Origin: Klebsormidium nitens
Taxonomy: Eukaryota > Plantae > Klebsormidiophyceae
NCBI GenBank assembly: GCA_000708835.1
Contig: DF237332.1
Span: forward strand, 1-64,000
Reading direction: 5' to 3'
Length of the DNA: 64,000 nucleotides
The notes below the pieces were generated by a model. It ran no database searches. It was not told the origin of the DNA and worked only from the letters and a program-made list of their open reading frames with translations. The position numbers and the translations under genes were made by a program. Within the stretch, counting starts at the first letter, position 1. Each line of letters opens with the position of its first letter. Shown here piece by piece: positions 48,987-62,341 of the stretch.

Positions 48987-49639
48987 TCAGACAGCCAATG
49001 TCACGCTGTAGTGGAAATCATGCGCTGCTGCTAATGACGATGGCCTGACAAGTAAGACCAGATGAAAACTTTGAACCTCAGCTGGAAGGCTAGGAGCAGA
49101 GAAACCACTCTTGATGCAGATTTTAGTCCCAAGAGAAAGCGTCCACCTTTTCTCACCATTGCTTTTCGATGTAGGAGTTTTCAGCCACAACACCAGCTCG
49201 TCAATCGTTTTGTTGAGCCTCTGACTCATCTCCAGCCTGGTATCATTGGCCGCTTTGATTGTCTCTTTGGCTTCTCCAACCCTTCTTTGGTAGTCTCTCA
49301 ACAACTCAACCCTCTTCTCATTCATACACCTTACCTCTCCCCCACGTTAAAGATCGTCAAGCCAGAGTACCCCAGGCAATAACCCGCTGCGAAGATGCAT
49401 CCAAAGAAGATTGCAACGTCTCTTTTGGACCGGGTGGAGCCGTGACCGAGCTGGCTTGGAACAACTTTGCAGCTCTGGCTGAGCTGATCCGGAAGCTGTG
49501 GCGCCCGATAGGGATCAACCGGGACGTAGTACACAATGGGACGAGGCAGATCAGGGCGGGCCCTCCTGAGGTTGTGCTTAGAAGCGGCGCCCTGCTGCGG
49601 TGGGTTGCCAACCGGCGGCATAATTGGTTTCAGTACCAT
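48987..49639 (-). other. Two adjacent out-of-frame ORFs (hydrophobic segment, then coiled coil), possibly one frameshifted or spliced gene
   Basis: 49639-49331 ends with RSKR-DVAIFFGCIFAAGYCLGYSGLTIF. 49325-48987 starts with a heptad-like NEKRVELLRDYQRRVGEAKETIKAANDTRLEMSQRLNKTIDEL. One extra G in the G-run near 49340 would join them. Confidence 0.35.
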
Positions 49640-49933
49640 ATACTACTAGTAATGCTGCACAATTCGAGCATGTCTGAATCCGACTTGGAGTCGATGCTGG
49701 ATTCGTCCAGAGCGTGACATAGGACAAAACGTTAGGTGACGCTACGATATGACGATACTAGTGATGTTGGTATCACATGAGAGAAGCAGATCCCACTCAA
49801 ATGTACTCTCCTTTTGTCTGCTAATTTCAGTCTCTCCTGCTTTGTTGCAGAATGTGCCCAAGCCTTACCCTGAAACGTTTTACAGCTGTAAATAGGACCT
49901 TGGCGCCGCTATGCATGCACAGGGGATCACTTG

Positions 49934-50073
49934 AGTACGCAACCATCAAAAGTGCGCAAAAGTACGCGAAAGTACGCAAAAGTGCGCAAAATGACGCAAC
50001 CATCAGTATACGCAAAAGTACGCAACCATCACCAACGCGTCGGCAATCGGTGCCGTGATGGTTGCGTACTTTT
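49934..50073. repeat. 10-bp AAAGTACGCA tandem array ending in a 19-bp perfect inverted repeat
   Basis: Repeated aaagt(a/g)cgc(a/g) and gtacgcaaccatca units. aaaagtacgcaaccatcac (50014-50032) is inverted at 50055-50073, with a 22-nt spacer. Confidence 0.8.
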
Positions 50074-51437
50074 CAAATCCGGCCGGCCGCGGCCGCGGGC
50101 CGTACGAGGGTTTGGCTGGGGTTTAGATTGCTACAACTTAAGCCGCGGAAACCAGATTGGGGCCGTTCATTTTCGGCATTTCAAGCGGACGGTTAAGTCC
50201 AAATGCTGCTCGCCACGTATCGGACGGACTACATTGACGGTGGGGCCTGAACACACTGACTGAGTGACACAACTGGATGAGGTCACATGATTCGCATTGT
50301 CCAGTCGAGAACTTGCTGGTCGATGACGGTCCTCTGCAGCCAAGCAGCACCGGTACCCTGCGCACGCTGTTCCGCTACGTGCGCGCCATCTCGTCACTGC
50401 ATCTTTCTTATAACATAGGATCATCACAGTAAGCACAGAATCATGCCTCGTGTATCATTTAATAGCTGCACTAAGAAGCCAGATCACGGACCACTGCACT
50501 TGCCAATTCGGCGTGCAATGGACCAATTGCGACATAGAAATACTATAAACTTAGATTCTGCCCTTATGAATCTCTGCTAGGAACGTGGCTCGAATTCTAA
50601 TACGAAAGGTCCGTCAGTACTTGAAGACAAGAGATGGAGTCATTATGGTATATCATGAAAAAGCTGTACCATGGCCATGCAGTCATCGAGGAACTTGACA
50701 AAGGTAGTGCATCTCTGTTGTTCAGATTTCTTCTGTCACAAAATCTGGATATTTCCGCAACCGGTCAGAGGGGGGAAAATGATCTTTTGTGGTTCGAAAG
50801 CAGTACGGCTTCTTGATCAGAACTATCGCTTTTTTGCTGCTGCTCAACCCACAGTTGGAAATGTAGCCGTGTTTCTGATTCTGGGATGCAGTTATACTTA
50901 CCTCGTCCTATATTTCTGCGTATCCTAGTTGATCTCGGTTCATTTGTCACCTATTTGCATATCGGTAGGCTCTGCCTGAAATCTTTTGAGTGCCCGGCAA
51001 CTTGACTCTTTGCGCCATGATGGTATATCCAGTGTATCCACCCAACAAAGGCAGCGGTAGCCAGGGTCTAGGTTCTAGGTCCTAGCCTTTGCAAAAGTGA
51101 ACTGCGTACTCGCCATCTTTGTGGCATCTCTAGTTCTGTCTGAAAAGTGCGAGCCGATACTATATTTTTGTAGCCCATTTGCTTCTCTATCCAAGGGAAG
51201 TGAAAGCGCGTGCGGGTCAATTATCTCGTCAATGTCAAGTCCACTACTGAACAGCGCCAGTCGTCCTTAAAGTGCTTGTGGGGCTGCTACTTCGCAACCC
51301 TCTCGCAATCTGTCAACGTGCGCCCGCCCACAATTCGTGAGCCCTGACGCGCTGGTGAACCAATCATTACTCATAACATTAGCTTACTAAGTAGCAAACG
51401 CAGTTCATTCGCATCTCTCCAACTCGACAGAGCTTCT

Positions 51438-54400
51438 TCAAACCACGTCCTCCGGTGAAAAGCTCTTCTTCTCTCCGCAACCCGTCTCCTGTCCGCCGCT
51501 TCCGTTCGACGAATCAACCCGATCCGGCAGCCCGGTGATCGTCCCCCAACCCCGACCTTCCGTGCTTTCCTTGCCCGGTACCTCCCTACCGGTCCCTCCT
51601 TGGCTCGTACCTGTCTCTTCTTCGCCCCGGTGGGCCGCAATGGCGGCCCGTAACCTCGTCAGCCGATCCACCAGCTCTGCACTCCTCTGACCGTCCGATC
51701 TTCCAGCGACGCTCTCCTGGCCGTCAGTTTCGTCCCGCCCAGTCGGACCTTCTTCCGCAGGCCTTCCGCTCGCAAAGTACCCGTTGGCGCTCCCTCCGGG
51801 GGGGCTCAACGGCAGCTCAATCTGCCCCCCCGTTTCGGACGCGTCGCTGGTGGTCCGCTCCAAGAGCGCACTAACCAGCGTCGGGCTCTGCGGCTGCCCC
51901 TCTGAATCCGCCACCCCCCGGGGGCTCCTCCCGGGCGCTCTTCCCGCGCCACGTGTCAGTCGCGACACGAACGAACTCAACTTCCCCGGGAAGCCTTGCC
52001 GCGGCCGAGATCGCGGCTCAGGGCTCCGTTCCGCGGTGGTGGTTGCGCCGGCGGAAGAGGGGAGAGGGCTCGCGCGGAAGCTAGAGGGGGGAGGGTTTAG
52101 CAGGGGGTTTGGGGTCGACGCGCCTTCGGTTGGCGCGGCCGCAGTCAGGGCAGCAATCTCGTCGGAGGAGCGCGCTTGGAAGGAGCTCAGCAGAGCCTGC
52201 AAGGAAAACGAAGTTCCTACTTACGTTAGGCTACGGCATGATAAAGAACCAATCGCGAATGTCTTACTGGCGAATGTGCAACCTTTGCACGAAGCACAGC
52301 TTTCCCGTCATGCTCCGATGCAATCCTCTCAAGATCTGTCGTTGCGTCATTTGTTATGCGGAAGCCAATCTGATCCGATCAAAGCATCAAACCTCCCAAG
52401 CGCGTGCTTTCGGCACGAGACTAAAGACGCCTCTGAAACGCTTAAATCATCCATGAAAGAAACCTCTTGTCTACAAGCTTACCTGGCTCGCAACAGCGCT
52501 GCCAGGCTCGTCCAGATTCGCCGAACTCCCCGCGTTGACAGAAACCTCCGCATTCACACCGTCCGCATTCACACTCGAGCTGCCCGCGTCCGCGGCGGCG
52601 CCGTCCGGCAGCGATACGGACGCGACCGCGACGTTGCGGACGAGCTTGCCGTCCGCGTCGAGTTCCGGCGGATTCTCGATGATGACGAAGCCGGGCGGAA
52701 TGCTGCCGTCGGAGTAGAGCGGGATGTTGTGCACCTGCTCCGAAAGCGCGCGCGCAGTTAGAGGCAAAGATCGAAAGATCCACTCCAGTACCAAGGAACA
52801 TCAGGGACGTATCCTGGAGCCGCTCTTTGCGAATAGTAGTCATGTCTATCTGAGTGCCATGTCGAGACGAGTCTACTGCATGGGTCGTTTGCTTTGATGG
52901 CCTTTCAGAAAGCACCAATCCCAACAGCAACGAGTTGCGACGTAAAGCTTTCTCTCTTTACGACCGCACAGACAACCGAGATTTATCGCCAGTTTTGTTC
53001 GACATTGTCGATCGGCCGTCTTTGTATTCATGCTGGACGGCTTCTTGCTCTGTGCTGTCAAACCTGCAAAGCAAAAATCACAGGCGAAGAAAAGCAGAAC
53101 GTGGCACTTTGCAGGCGCGCGCGCTCACCTGCGGTGGCGCGCGCGAGCCTGGCCCGTTCCTCTGGAGCCCGTAAAGGCCGGCCGCGAGCGGGTGCTCGCC
53201 GCGCTCGAGGCTCGGCGGCTCGTGCGCGTTGAAGATGTTGGGCCGTTGGAAGCGGAGCAGGAAACTGCGCGGCAAAGAGGTTCGGCTTTACACACGAAAG
53301 CGAGATTTAACTACCAATTGCAGAGTCATCTGAGTGCTCATATTTCAGAAACCGGCACACTCAGCATGTATGCACGGTTTTGTTTGCTGCCAGTCTATGG
53401 TTTTTAGTGTCTGTCATGAAGGTGTGGAGCTTAATACGGTTCAAAAGCGTTCATTGGATCCATGGAGCGTGAGTTGGCGCCAATACTCCTGATGAAGATC
53501 CTTCTAGTTTGATCCGCAGGGAGCACATCAAGATACTCTGAGGAGAGCAGATGTTGAACGAGTGTACCAAGATTGGAAATCTCGAAATATATTTTGCTTT
53601 CGCTCCCTGCCCTCCTGATGAAGGGAGCAAGCGGCTTCGAAGTAACTCGGCGCAATGTCTCCAGCGTTTTCAAGCGTTTTGAGGTACATCTGCGACATTC
53701 CTTGAAAGGGCAGGAAATGTCGTTAAAACATCAAGAGGCATGGGAAAAGTCTCGTCAACTGAATCAACATAAGTGAACCGCCAAACACAGCAGGCTTATT
53801 GTTAAGCTTCATCATCCCGTACTGTTTGGTGCTCGCACGTCGCCTCACCTGAGCGCAAAGCAGAAGCCGTACTCGATCGCCTCCGCGGCCATGATGCGGC
53901 TCCAGGGATCGCGCTCGTCCAAAATGCTGGACAGCATCTCCAGCTGCGAACACAGATATTCGAACAAATTCAGGTGATAAGTCGTGACCCACGTGCTACC
54001 ATTCAAGGAAAGCGAAAGTCGCCTGACCGGGGTTCTAGAGCATCTTTTGTCGAGCGTCTTGTTTGGAGCATCTTGTGTCGACATGGTCTTTCGAGCGCGA
54101 AAGATAGACCGGAAGCGCGGCCTAGTTGTACGATTCGAGGTACAAGCGGATACCAACAATGTCTCATATATAGTCGGCTCTAAAGTCCAAGTCAGAATGC
54201 AAGACGACGCTTTCCTTCATGATAAACCCGATGTAAGCCGTTTTTAAGTCAGACTGCGACGACGCTTTCCATCTCGATAAACCCGTGTAAGCCGTTACTT
54301 CAACAGCCGTCTCTAACTTTTACGGAAGCTAAAACTGGTAAATCTCTCCCTAACCTATTCCTCAAACTCCCCTCACCATTATCTTGGAGCAGACGTAGGC

Positions 54401-57400
54401 GAAGAAGAGCAGCTGCAGCGAGCGGTACATGCGCGCCTTGGCGGCCGCGGCGCTCGCGGCCGCGTCCGCGCGGTCGGCCTGCATGAGGCGCAGCTGAAGG
54501 GAGAGCAGCCGGAAGTTGGCCGCGATGCCGCACACCACCGCCGTCAGCTCGATCATGTACGCCGTCAGCCGGACCAGCTGCGGACGTCAGCAGTGGCAGA
54601 GGGTTAGCTTCGTGGTTTTCAGGTTCGCGGCTCATCAGAAGGCAAACTCAGAGACTTCAGGTTTTTGGGGGTTTTGAAGGAATGTGCGGATGCTCGATTT
54701 GAGGGATGAAGGATGGCACAGCCTTGCTTCGAGTGCGTCAAGCGGACCAGATGCTGCAAAAGAACTTGGTTAACCTGACGGTGTCGGTTCGTCTCTTGAA
54801 AACTCAAAACCTTATTAGTGAATCACGATAGAAGTCATACCGCGGGAGGTCACTTCGAATCAACAGGAACAGCCAGAAAGAGCTTCTGATGTGGGTTACG
54901 ACTCGATTATGAATCGACGTGGAGGCACTTACGAAGGCGACGGGCGTGGCGTACTGCTCGAACGTCAGCAGCAGGAGCACCGTCATGACCGTCGACGCCA
55001 TGCCGCGCTTGTCCATGACCAGCAGCTCCGCGCGCGTGACGCACCAGCCGCGCGCGGCCATTAGCGTGACCAGGAACACCAGCGTCTGGGTATAGGCCGG
55101 GGCGAGCAGGAAGAACTGCTGCAGCCAATTGGGGACGGTCCCTGAGAAGGAAATTGTGTCAGCGAGATTGTTGAAAGAGGAAGATGGAATCCGAGCTTTG
55201 ACTGACAACTTGAGTTACACGAATTGAGATAAACTGGGAGTGTCAGTACCCAGTATGTCTGGGATACGATGGCAAGAACGAAGATGAGATCAATAAAGTA
55301 TCTCGACGCCTTTCTATAAATGTTCCAAACGTCCAACTTTTGGATCTCGATACACTGGACAAAACGGTCGGACTGATAGATTTTAATGTCCTTTATCTCT
55401 GGATTTATCTTAAACTCTCAATCAAACAAGTCGCAAAATATTTTGCGCTCTTCCGAAGAGTTCCGCCGTCCTGGCCGGCCGATAAAGGAGATTCGGATTC
55501 GAGCAACTTTTACGATGAATACCAGTCTTATGCTCCCTTGCAGACCAGCAATCCGGACTATTCCTTCTGGTTCCATGGTCATTCCATGATTATTCGTACC
55601 CCATGAATTCATGAAGTTTGTTCGAGATTCATGCTTCACCTTGTGAAGATAGGAGCGCCCAGCGTGCGTAGCAGATGGTAACCAAAGCGAGGTGGGCGAC
55701 GGGCAGGGTGATGACCCACTTGTGCAGGGGGGTGACGCGCTGCAGGAGAACAGGATAGGGCAATTTACGATCATACGTGGAGCCAACTCATATAGATCGG
55801 TTGAGACATTTTCTGGGCGGAAGACATACGCGTTCATACTTTTGTGTAGGTGGAAACGTCCAGGTGCAGATAATACTTTGAGGCGTCATTGGGAAACGGT
55901 TCAGAACTTGAAATGCTTTGTGGGTCGATTCGGTTGGTTGCGCTTTTACCTTCGTGACCGGTTTGAAGAGGAGGCAAAGCAGATTTTGAAACTTTAATCG
56001 GTGTTCCAATCCGCATAGTAAGCTCGTACAAAGGCTTCAGTAACGAAAGGAGGGGCACCTAACCAGACACCGAAAGTGGGGGCTGTGTGACTACATCAAC
56101 AATTCATAAGGGCGCCAGAACTAAAAGGGGAAGGAAGAAAAGGGGTTTCGGTTGGCTCACTTTCAAATTGGTGATGGTGTGGATGAAGAGCGAGGTAAAG
56201 AGCACCATCCACAGAATGAGCATGGCGGTGTACACCAGTTTAACCGGTTCGTACCGGGTGCCCAGCTGCTCCCCGCCCGGGTTGGTCATGATGAAGTCGA
56301 CCTGCAAGAACTTGGGTTTACGTTACCATACTCGTGCAAGTCGGAAATGTTTTTAAAAAAAGTAGGTTTGTGAAAGTCGAAAGCAGCACCAACCACAACA
56401 ATGGCGATCATTGGCGACCTCTATATGCAGCAGCGGAGAACCTTGTGTCAGTCAGAAGCATCTAAAATCTGCGCCAAGCCCGCCCTTCTGGATGTTCGCT
56501 CCAGTCACTTGCAGCAGGCTTCGAGCTTAGTCTGTTCCTTTCTTGGAAAGGCTGCGGTATCGCAGCTATCCCACCTTCTCAAGAGAATACCCCTTAAAAA
56601 CCAAAGGGTTATGCGCTAACCTCTTCAAAGACCACCTTCCGGTAGTTGCAGGTGACGAGCGCGATGTGGACAACCGTCGTCTCGCTGACCATGCTCGAAA
56701 ACGCCTCTGTCTCACTCGAGAGCGGCTGCAGGAAGCAGTCTGAAAAAAGGGAGAGAGCTGTCACTCAGTCGGTAACGTGAGCTCTAGTGCGTGCATAGGA
56801 ATGCGCGTTTGGGATCGGCTCCCGATCGGCTTGAATCACAAAGTTGACTGGGATGAAGTACCGGAAGAGCAGCGAAAGCGCTCTGACTGAAGTAGTGCCC
56901 GTGCCGAAGGATCTACTTTGGAGGGGCCTCAAAATGCTGATGAGACTCGAGAAGCAACCGGAAACAAAGGAGGAGCCGAAATCCTTACTACTAAATATGT
57001 CAGAAACCCGTCGAGACAATCTGGAGCGAGCGGAAAACTGCGGATAGTGGCTCCTCTCCGAGTGGAGATTCCCACTAAGTCCGAAAGCTTTTGGCAGACC
57101 ATCACTTTCGACTTCGTTATGAGAAGACGACATCAAAAATGAACAGATTTTTCAGCCGCAATCTGGAGCGCGCATGCGGGACGAACCGGCTATGCAGCAC
57201 TCAGCAGGGGCTATAGCACCAAGGTAAACTTTGCTGGTTGCCAAGGACCTACACCCCCATTTATGAGGGTCAGGAACGAGTTTCTGAGAGAGATGAGAAG
57301 GGTGAAATGGTTACCCGCTGCGAACGCGCGGCACCTAGAACCTAAACCTGACCGAAATCTTCTGCAGTCTTTCACAGACAGTCGTTCCAAATGGCCCGTA

Positions 57401-58938
57401 CCCGAGCAAGCTCTTAAGAGGAACAGATACCCTACCCCACCGCTTAAGATAAGCCAGAGAAAATAGCTACACGCCTCCTCGAATCTCTATCTGCACAGGA
57501 GGAGTGACAAGCGGACTGACCAGCGGGCGCCTCGAGCGCGTGGCAGGGGAAGCGGCTGTCCAGCAGCATCTGGAGCGCGTCCGTGATGTCGGACCGCTTG
57601 CACGCCGCAAGGTAGACGCCCGCGCCGTCGAAATCCCGGACGTCTTCCAGCTCCTGCATGTCGCCCTGCGAATGACACGTGGCAGCCGATGAGTGGGTCG
57701 GGCAAAGTGGAGTCGTCGTCGCCGGGTCGAGGACTAAGATTTCTCAGGGACTTAACAACGTTTGACTGGTATTGGCAGGACCCCTTGGAGGTGATGGCGT
57801 TTGGTAAAGTTCAACAGCTTCTCTGACGATTGAGGGAGCGATGCCCAGAGATAATCCTCATTTTCGGCAGTAGGTTTTGGGAGTCGTTCCGTTGTGGGCC
57901 ATCAGATTTAAACAGGTCCGCGAAGTCCGCCTTTCAGTTGCGTCGCCATACCACGAAGACAGGTGGCAGTCAGACCGCTCACGCCTTGCTTTCACCAGAC
58001 GCGACCCTTGTTTCTAGTACGGTTTCATTCTGGTAGTTCTAAGATCTCGCAAAAGGTGGCCGCAAACGAAAGTAGGACTCTGCTGCAAAATACGAGTGGT
58101 CTTGTAAACCTGGGGCCATGTCGGCTCTCCTCTGAAGGTACTTTTCAACAGCGACTCTTCGAAAGACGCGTCGTTCGAAAGATGCGTAGTTGGCCTTGCA
58201 TGTCTCTCAAACCCGGATTTCATGACCAGAATCAATCAATGCAGATCGCAGAACCCGGATTGCTAAGTTACCAAATCGCAAGCATCAGACGGCCTTAGCT
58301 TTGCACTCCAAGCGGATCATACCACGCTCGGGTCGGACGGCCAGATCCGACGGATTGTATAAAGAAGGGTAGCGGGAGGCATACCATAACGACAGAAACG
58401 CCGAGGAGCCCGCCTGCCTTGTAGCCAAACTCGGCGAGCTCCGCCACTGCCCCCCGCGAGTCACCGCTGGTCAACACCAACCGGTCGGAGCTGCGCAAGA
58501 TAGCTTTTATGTTCAAACTCGCTCAGGCACGAATACCGACACCTGTGTTTGGACGTAATACGTTGGCACGCGTTGGCTCTGCAAAGGAGCCCTGTCCAAT
58601 GTAGCCGCGACCCTTTAAAGCCCAACGAACTCTTAAAAAGGTCTGCGGCAGAAAAGCTGATGACAGCTGTCACTTCGTCAGCAGGTTCAACATAGGCTAA
58701 CCCATCTCTCTATATTGTCAATAAAACATAGCAATGACAGCTGTCCAATCACGGCAAGCCTGAGTCCGTCAGACAAATGCACCAACAGCTGTTGAGAAAT
58801 AAACGATGTTAATAGGACATCAGTTCTAGTGACTCACCCTATCAAAGCATCTACGTGGTGGCTGCACAAAGAGAGAGCCAGCAGGCATAGCCAGCCCCAC
58901 AGGCGAGTCGCTGCCGCTGGCCGCCCCACCCATGCCAT
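51438..58938 (-). CDS. GOST / lung-7TM family membrane protein (GPR107/108-TMEM87-like) with long disordered C-tail, 782 aa
   Basis: Exons 58938-58838, 58490-58385, 57665-57521, 56739-56636, 56301-56161, 55739-55640, 55141-54933, 54577-54377, 53943-53849, 53264-53129, 52734-52483 and 52196-51438 (2349 nt, phases match). Signal peptide, EFGYKAGG, NPGGEQL preceding TM1, ARGW, KARMYRSL, and several hydrophobic helices. Confidence 0.8.
54189..54296. repeat. Intronic ~57-bp direct tandem repeat
   Basis: aagtcaga..gacgacgctttcc..gataaacccg..tgtaagccgtt occurs twice. Confidence 0.75.
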
Positions 58939-60930
58939 GTGGGCTGTTTGTTCTTGACAGCTGTACCGCCTGCGGAGAGTCAAGGATGAAGGGATCTCGA
59001 TGTCTGACACGCAACAATCACAGTGATGAATGGTTGTCATTGCTTGATGGGTCATTTCATCGACACGCCAAGTAACATCATCCTGGTGAGTGCCGTGGTA
59101 GATCTAAAGTGTCAGCAATGATGCGGCACCAAAGTCTCCCTCTGATGAAGTTGAGCTTCAATCCGAAAAAATGGTGAACAGGACGGCTATCGTTGCATGC
59201 AGCCTTTTGAAGCAAACAGGTGCCCACATGAGCCATTTTTAAGTGCACCTAGAGATCAGAACGATGGAGCCAGCATTGCGCCCATCCGTCCAGCTGTCAA
59301 ACTACTTCAACCTACTGACTTTCACAGCGACCCCTCGACATATCCTCTCCTCACCACCACCACCCCACTGGCGCCCTGACAGCTGTAACCACACAGGGCA
59401 CTTCTTGTAATGACCACCACGGGCAGTTCCTTCGTGAGGAAGCTACTCCCAAACTTGAAACCTCGTTAATACCAGGAGACAGGCTGCATGGACTTTGTTT
59501 GATATCACCACCCGCTGACGTTCTTCCCACTTCTGTTACAGTGCGGCGCTGATAGTATTTGCGTGGGTACCTCTTCAAGAGAACAAAAGCGCTCTGAGAC
59601 GATTGCTCTGGTCTCTTCTTAGGAGGCCATTAGATCAAGGTCGTCACTTACGAGTGGAAACTTCCAGACACTCCCAACTGCCTCCGGTCTCTTTGCTTGC
59701 AAAGGTGCAGATTGATCGGGCCCCTTGCTTAACACATTCGGCTTCTTCTCTCACAAAACTCTGTTGCAAAATCAGGGACCTTTGAAGCTCAATAGATTTG
59801 CTCCTCCTGTCTGCACAAGTGTGGGCACTGGTCACGCTAGCCAGCACGCCCTCTAATGCCGAAAGCAAATTTTTGTGGCAATGCTGACCTCAACAAATGT
59901 TTGTTCGCATTGGCCTCAACAGATTGCCCTGCCACCTCCGAGCGGTAGCCTGTGCTGTCGATGCGGTGCCTTTTACGTCAGCAGACTCGCTTGTGCTGCC
60001 CTGCTTGTGATCAGCGCACTTACGGTCCCACTGATCAATGCAGGCCTTTGCTGCCCATCAATCTGCTCTCCATGCACAGTTTGACAGTTAAAGTCGGCAT
60101 TGCGTGCCTGCCATGACAATGCGGCGCTCTCATCCGTGCGTTGTTCAGCGACACACGTAATCACCAGAATCCTTACCACTTACGACAGATCAGAGGTGAG
60201 AGAGGGCGTCGATGTAGCTGCATTTTGTCATATCTTGCATGCTAAGCTTCACTGTTGATCACCCGGTCTCGCTGACGGCGCGCAGACACTACGGCATTGT
60301 CTGGATGCTGTGACAGACTCAGATGCACACTTTTTATCCAGGTTCGACAAAAGACAAGGTGCTCCTAGGTTTGTCACGGTCAAGTCTTTAGCTTGAAATA
60401 TGACATTGAAGTACGCACTGCTTACTGACTGACTTTCGTACCGACGTCTCCCTGACCCCTCAACGATTTCATCGTGCGCATGCATGTACCGTACTTGACG
60501 TATAAAAGGTACCCAAAGCACGTACAGTCGCGATGTGCCCCCAATAAATTGAAATAACCGTCTATTGAATCTGTACTAGCCCTCAGAATATCGTGACTCG
60601 TTTGACGCCGTCGATTGATTTTCGATTTTTTGTTGTCGCGCGCGCACTTGTTTCAGTGCTTGGCCCGAGCGGCGGCCCGCGTAGGCCGACACGCGCGGAC
60701 GCGCAACTGGGGCTGGTACCTAGGTAACCCGGTTTTGATTTTGAGATTTGCAACCTGATCGACATCATGCAGTGTTGCTTTCCCGCACGATCCGGCTGCC
60801 AGTCTGATGTCAACAGTACCTGGAATAAATATGGTTTTACTAAGACCCAATACTAATAGACTGGGTTATGTATTAGGCCCCTCTGCTGCATGAGCATTCA
60901 GATCCATTCACCAATTTCGTGGCATTCACC

Positions 60931-62341
60931 ATGGCTGCGGCTCAAGCGGTCCTGGCAGCTCCCTGGAGCTCGCAAGCAGCACCAGCTGCCAGGCGCAAGG
61001 TCCCTTTCTCTGCTGCAGAAGCGTCTTGCGCTGGCTGCGGCTGCCCTTCCAAACTTTCTCCATCGTTTAAGAAGCGCATCCGTAACCCTCTCCACACCAC
61101 ATTTGCTCATGCGCAGCATTCGTTCTCGAAGCCTTCTCAGTCTAGAAGGTCTTGCATAGTCCGAGCAGTTGAGAAAGAGGAGAATGTGCCGACCTGGGCA
61201 AAGCCTGGGTCGGAAGAGGTGCCCCCTTGGGCCAAGGAGGACTCGTCAGGGTACCAGAAGGAGGGGCCTAAGGACCTTCCATTTGGACTGTACCTATTGT
61301 TCTCGGTCTTTACCGCAATTGCGGCGGTGAGCTGGACCCACATTTGAAGCCACATTGTTGCAATTGGCTGTTTCATGCACTCCGAGTCTGAGTCCGCTTT
61401 TGCAGCGGACACGGCTTCAAAGTAAACACTGAGGAGAATGTGGGAAGGAAGAAAGGGTCATGATTCGCCGCAAAGATGTGCTGTCATGAGCAGTCAAGTA
61501 CGTAACGAGCGGCACATGGGAAGCGGCCTCCGTTTGCTTAGCACTATCTGGCACAACTGGACTATAAGTTAGTGAAACGTTCCAAAGGGCTCAGCACTGA
61601 TGGCTGTGTCCAGGACGCCCTTTGCATGCATTGGGAAGTGAAGAGATCTTCCTATTTGTAACGTGCCTTTATGGTTCGGCTCTTTCGTATCCAATTGTCA
61701 GCACCAGTAGTCAAAATCAGCACTGAAAGGCCCTCCATATGAGATGTCAGGCCGGTGCGGGTCTTTTTTATGAAAGAAGCACTGGCCCCGGAAGTTTCCT
61801 GCTGGCATCGGTTTGACCCGACACGCTTCCCTCTCACTGCCCTGACTTTATCCCCTTTTTTTTTGACAACACGCGTTGCTCTTTGCAGGTCGGATCGATC
61901 TACGAGTTTGCAAACAAGAACCCCATATTTGGAGTGATCCAACCAGACAGCGGTCTGTATGTCCCAATCTTGGGATTCTTCGTCCTTTCGGGATTCCCAA
62001 CTGCGGTGAGTCTTTCTCAAACATGCGCTGTCGTGGAAGCGCCTCACAAAAATATTGCACGTCAATACTTTTGCAATGACGTTGTCAGTCTAAGAAACAC
62101 AAACAGGTCTCCCCTTATCTGCATGACCACTTGCTTGAAGTTTCACTTTAATTGTCCGGGCGGCCGCCACCGCGCGCTTCAATCCAGGGTAAGATTGCTC
62201 AGGCTGCACCGATCTTGGCTTTGCTGCTTTAAACTTGAAATGTATCACGTGCAGGGCTTCTTGTTGTACAAAGCAATCTCAACGGCGAACAAGCTGGCGG
62301 AAGCGATGGACAAAGAGGACGGAGTCAACAAGGATTACTAG
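60931..62341 (+). CDS. Small plastid-targeted two-TM protein of a conserved plant family of unknown function (199 aa)
   Basis: Exons 60931-61326, 61889-62005 and 62255-62341 (phase 0). Ala/Ser/Arg-rich transit-peptide-like N-terminus, WAKPGSEEVPPWA motif, and hydrophobic helices LPFGLYLLFSVFTAIAAVGSI and LYVPILGFFVLSGFPTAGFLLY. Confidence 0.8.
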
